A DNA stretch of 63,993 nucleotides, filler included. It is 9 parts of 9 records of this genome, joined end to end, with 100 filler letters (N's around TTAATTAATTAA, not from the genome) between each part and the next. Parts side by side here need not be neighbours in the genome. Positions count along the whole stretch, not along the records: positions 55,654 to 60,831 come from SRR7504441_6199; positions 60,932 to 63,993 come from SRR7504441_6310; 7 more parts are not named here. One strand, given 5' to 3'. Positions within the stretch are counted from its first letter, which is position 1; each line of letters opens with the position of its first letter. Of the stretch, positions 60,572 to 63,993 are shown in pieces. Below the pieces are notes generated by a model, which made no database searches, was not told where the DNA came from, and saw only the letters and a list, made by a program, of their open reading frames with translations. A program made the position numbers and the translations under genes.

Positions 60572-60960
60572 GCCCGCAAGTTTATCCGAGCCCGCCCGAG
60601 ACTCTCGGCGGGGCTCAGGCGACCCACTCGGAGCCTAGGGCAGTTGAGTCAGTTAGGATAACGCTCGCATCCCTTGCTGGCAGGTGGTCCCGGACCCGTC
60701 CCGCCCCCTATTGTGCCCCGACGGACTTTACCACCTCCTACCGCCATTCTCTGCTGCCGTCACAGTTGCCTCATTCTCCGCGGTCGCATCTGGCGACACC
60801 TCAGCTCCCTCATCCCCTGCTATGAAAGCGCNNNNNNNNNNNNNNNNNNNNNNNNNNNNNNNNNNNNNNNNNNNNTTAATTAATTAANNNNNNNNNNNNN
60901 NNNNNNNNNNNNNNNNNNNNNNNNNNNNNNNCTCTGCAATGGCGGGCAGTTCAGATCCAC

Positions 60961-61008
60961 CAGCTGATCCTCTTCTTCTTCTTCCAGCTGATCCTCTTCT
61001 TCTTCTTC
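60961..61008 (+). repeat. 24-bp tandem duplication containing a CTT microsatellite
   Basis: CAGCTGATCCTCTTCTTCTTCTTC x2. Confidence 0.85.
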
Positions 61009-61180
61009 GTAGTCGATCGGCATCCGCAGACGAACGAGGTCGGAATGCGTGCACGTGGGAATACAAGTTATTGTATATCAAATAAAATAATTGCATATGA
61101 TCCTTAACATTAGTTAGTTGAAGCCAAACGAACCGGTTTGTAATGATGCTCCCACGAAGCTCCGGTTGTCGGGTTGTTAC

Positions 61181-61233
61181 GAAGTACAGCTCTACTAAAA
61201 AAAAACAAAAAAAAAAGAAGTACAGCTCTACTA
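61181..61233 (+). mobile_element. Poly(A) insertion flanked by a 17-bp direct repeat (putative TSD; severely truncated retroposition)
   Basis: GAAGTACAGCTCTACTA at 61181-61197 and 61217-61233, flanking 19 nt of near-pure A. Confidence 0.6.
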
Positions 61234-61327
61234 GCCGTAACTAGCCGACTAGCCGTGTGCAGCCCGCATCAGGCCATCGGCAAGGAAGGAGGCGGGAACA
61301 CTTTTGCGAGATCAAGCCAGTGGAGGG

Positions 61328-63673
61328 ATGTCCATTAGGATGTTGAGATCCTTTCTCCTGGCGCTGGCAGTCTCGGCGGCGGCAGCCGACTGGCTTTTGG
61401 ACCCCAACCCTCCGGCAGCCCAGCTGGTGATGAGCCGATGCACTGCCGAGCTGACCAACGGCCTGATCAGCCGGCTGTTCAGCCTGCCCGGCCCCGGCTG
61501 CCCTGCGCCCGAGTGGGCTACAATCGACCTGCGCGATCGGCTCGACCAACAGCACCAGCCGCGCTCGGCGCTGGCGGCGTTCGGGCCGGAGGGGGTGGTC
61601 GAGCTGGACGGGCGCGTGTGGCAGGTGGGTGGTTATGCCGACGCGTGCCCGGCCAGTGGTCTGTTCGACACTTGCACTTACCTGAACAGATCCCAGCCGT
61701 CCAACGCGGCGCCCAGCGCCAACCTCAGCGCATTCCGGTACACCGGTCACACCACGGGCCCGATCACGCCACAGCTCAACTACTCTCACGCTCGGCACGC
61801 GGCCAGGGCTCCGTGGCCGCCGCGAGGCTTGCACCTGGCTGTATCGTTTGAGGCCCCCGAGGCGGCACCAGCGGCGGTGCGGGCTGTCAGCGTCACGGTG
61901 CACTATGAGATGCTGCAAGGCATCCCCGCGATGCGCAAGTGGCTTACAGTCTCGACCGCAGTGAACGGCTCGGGGGCGACAGTGGTGGGCGCCGTGACAG
62001 TGGAGCGACTCCGGGTGAATGACGACTATGCTGGGACCAGTTACGCTGTAGCCGAGGGCTGGCGGCTGGGTGGCAATCCGCCGCTGCTGTTCGCCCAAGT
62101 TGATGTGCCGTACGGCGCTGGCTGCGGCTGGAGTTTTCAGATGGAACACACATACAACGCCAACCCGATTCTGGAGTGCGGCTACACCGGGCCCAAGATC
62201 GAGGCCCAATGCCATCCCAACGCACACCCAGCCGAAGTTTGCCCGGGCTCAGGCCTAGCCTGCCCGGCGTGTGGCAAGTCGGTTTGTCCTTGTCCTGCCA
62301 GCGAGGCGCCGCCCGGCCCTCACGTCTCGCTTGAAGCCGCCTCGAGCTCATTCTTCCACCCTCGCTCGCCGGACTCTACCGCCGACTTTGTCTTTGAGTC
62401 GTTCCGCGTGGAGCTGTTGGTGTTGGACAGCACAGAGCAAGAGCGGCGGGGGCTGGCGCTCCGGAGGCTGACCAAGCTGACAAAGCCATGGGTGACTGAG
62501 AATCCTCTGTTCATGCATTTAACAGACTCGTCAGATGCTGGGGTACGCCAGGCGGTGGAGGATGCGCAGCGGGTCGGGTTGGAGATGATCATTCAGAGCT
62601 TCGGAACTTCATTCCAGATGGAGAACAACAGCGACGCGTATCTCGCCAAGATCAGGAACCAGACTGAGATGGCCAAAGAGAGAGGAGTGGAGATCGGTGG
62701 TTATGATTTAATCGTGCTTGATCGCGCCGGACTCGGGTATGACAGGGAGCTGGTGGCTAGCGACGGCTCGGTTGGGGGCTCTGCGTGCTTTGCGAGCCGG
62801 TGGGTTGACGAGCTAGTGCCCGAGGTGCAGCGCAAGGTGCAGGCAGGCCTGGCAATGGTGGAAACGGATGGGCCTTATGGCGGTGGAATTTGCACCGCTA
62901 CCAACCACACACACCATAAAGGGCTGCAAGACTCGACCTATTGGCAGACGCGTCTGCAGAGCGAATGGTATTCGTCGCTTAGAGCCCAAGGAGTCTTCAT
63001 CAACGCCCCAGACAGGTATTTCAGCAGCGGATCGAACAAGATGATGTTTTATGGCGATCCAACCAATTTTGGCCGGGCTCGCCGGATAGACCTCACCCTG
63101 TCGCGACAGATGCTGTATGACAGTACGTTTGAGTGGCTACCCACACAGGGCTGGAGCTTAGTTCCAATCCAGAATTACGGCGGCGGTGGGGCTGAGGCCG
63201 CATTCTCACCTTTGGAGGAACACCACAGGGATTATGACTTGGCGTGGGCCATCTACATGGGCATGGGCGTGTCTGGGGTGTGCTGGCGCGGCCCCCGTGT
63301 GTTTGAAGGCCCAAAGTCGCAGGCAGCTGTGAGCCGCTGGATCTCGTGGTACAAACGGTACCGTGATACACTCACCAGCGACATGCTGGTCCACCTCCGC
63401 CGGCCGGACGGCCAGAGCATCGACGCCGTGTTGCATGCCAACTCTGCGGGTGGGTCGCAAGGCGAGCGTGGCATCTTGTTTGCTTTCAACCCCACCACTG
63501 CGCCAATCACGGCCAACCTGTCGGTCCCTCTGTACTATACTGGACTCACTCAAACAGCCACGGTTTCTCAAGGGACGGGTGAAGGCACAACACATCGCCT
63601 CAGGCGCGACTACAGCATCACTGTTGAGGCTTCCATCGAGGCTAACAATTACTCGTGGTGGGTTATTTCTTGA
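61328..63673 (+). CDS. Secreted alpha-galactosidase-like (GH27/36-clan-like) protein, intronless
   Basis: Signal peptide; VHYEMLQGIPAMRKW, PWVTENPLFMH, EMIIQSFG, ETDGPYGG..C...H..HKGLQDS, NYGGGG, WYKRYR, VPLYYTGL. Confidence 0.75.
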   Translation: MSIRMLRSFLLALAVSAAAADWLLDPNPPAAQLVMSRCTAELTNGLISRLFSLPGPGCPAPEWATIDLRDRLDQQHQPRSALAAFGPEGVVELDGRVWQVGGYADACPASGLFDTCTYLNRSQPSNAAPSANLSAFRYTGHTTGPITPQLNYSHARHAARAPWPPRGLHLAVSFEAPEAAPAAVRAVSVTVHYEMLQGIPAMRKWLTVSTAVNGSGATVVGAVTVERLRVNDDYAGTSYAVAEGWRLGGNPPLLFAQVDVPYGAGCGWSFQMEHTYNANPILECGYTGPKIEAQCHPNAHPAEVCPGSGLACPACGKSVCPCPASEAPPGPHVSLEAASSSFFHPRSPDSTADFVFESFRVELLVLDSTEQERRGLALRRLTKLTKPWVTENPLFMHLTDSSDAGVRQAVEDAQRVGLEMIIQSFGTSFQMENNSDAYLAKIRNQTEMAKERGVEIGGYDLIVLDRAGLGYDRELVASDGSVGGSACFASRWVDELVPEVQRKVQAGLAMVETDGPYGGGICTATNHTHHKGLQDSTYWQTRLQSEWYSSLRAQGVFINAPDRYFSSGSNKMMFYGDPTNFGRARRIDLTLSRQMLYDSTFEWLPTQGWSLVPIQNYGGGGAEAAFSPLEEHHRDYDLAWAIYMGMGVSGVCWRGPRVFEGPKSQAAVSRWISWYKRYRDTLTSDMLVHLRRPDGQSIDAVLHANSAGGSQGERGILFAFNPTTAPITANLSVPLYYTGLTQTATVSQGTGEGTTHRLRRDYSITVEASIEANNYSWWVIS

Positions 63674-63993
63674 CGATTGTTCATGGTATAATCATATACG
63701 CAGTAATCGTGTTCTCGATTGATTTCTCGTTCACTCGTAGTTCACTGGATCGAGTGCAGCTAGTCTCACGCTCAGAAGAAGCGTTACCCATATTGGGATT
63801 AGTGTGTTATTAATAAGTTGGCAATAGAGAAGACACGAAGTGGTGCTATAAGCTCAACTAAGACATCCGAGCATGCCGGCCCAGACGCCCGGCCGACCGG
63901 CCCACTTGCGCCCGGGATGCCAACCCGGTCGGCGGCCTCTAGCACAGTTCCCAATAGATGATTGTCGCCCCCCCCCCCCCCCCCCCCCCCCCC

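Noticed and set aside
12009-60931. Regularly recurring TTAATTAATTAA flanked by N runs
   Set aside because: Artificial concatenation linker with six-frame stops. It is not a biological repeat, and synteny across it is meaningless.
63967-63993. Poly-C tracts at contig ends (also ~46661-46674)
   Set aside because: Probably homopolymer assembly breaks or poly-G sequencing artefacts, not telomeres.

Overview
Nine GC-rich eukaryotic (protist-type) contigs joined by artificial 100-bp spacers (44N-TTAATTAATTAA-44N), so adjacency across spacers is meaningless. The genome is very compact. Head-to-head ATGs lie about 50-125 bp apart, and genes carry many tiny introns (about 37-47 nt), often GC-AG, with weak donors. 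Recognisable genes include a giant DUF3638-type protein, a KNL1-like protein, a FixR-like SDR, glycine decarboxylase P, a TauD dioxygenase ending in SKL, two glycoside-hydrolase-like proteins, MET17, UTP12/WDR3, a FkbM methyltransferase, BOP1, a PrmA-like methyltransferase, a four-domain EEEE voltage-gated Ca channel, CD2BP2-like, Vnx1/CAX-like, a multi-EF-hand protein and a Qc-SNARE. The most striking observation is that two genes on different contigs each contain an internal segment of about 0.55 kb coded on the opposite strand (FkbM ~35153-35708; Ca channel ~44277-44815). Flipping each segment restores the frame and conserved motifs at both junctions, with essentially no terminal repeats and no splice sites there. 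Two or three apparent internal deletions are also present. These rearrangements could be biological (gene scrambling or inversion) or artefacts of amplification, assembly or processing; only reads can decide.
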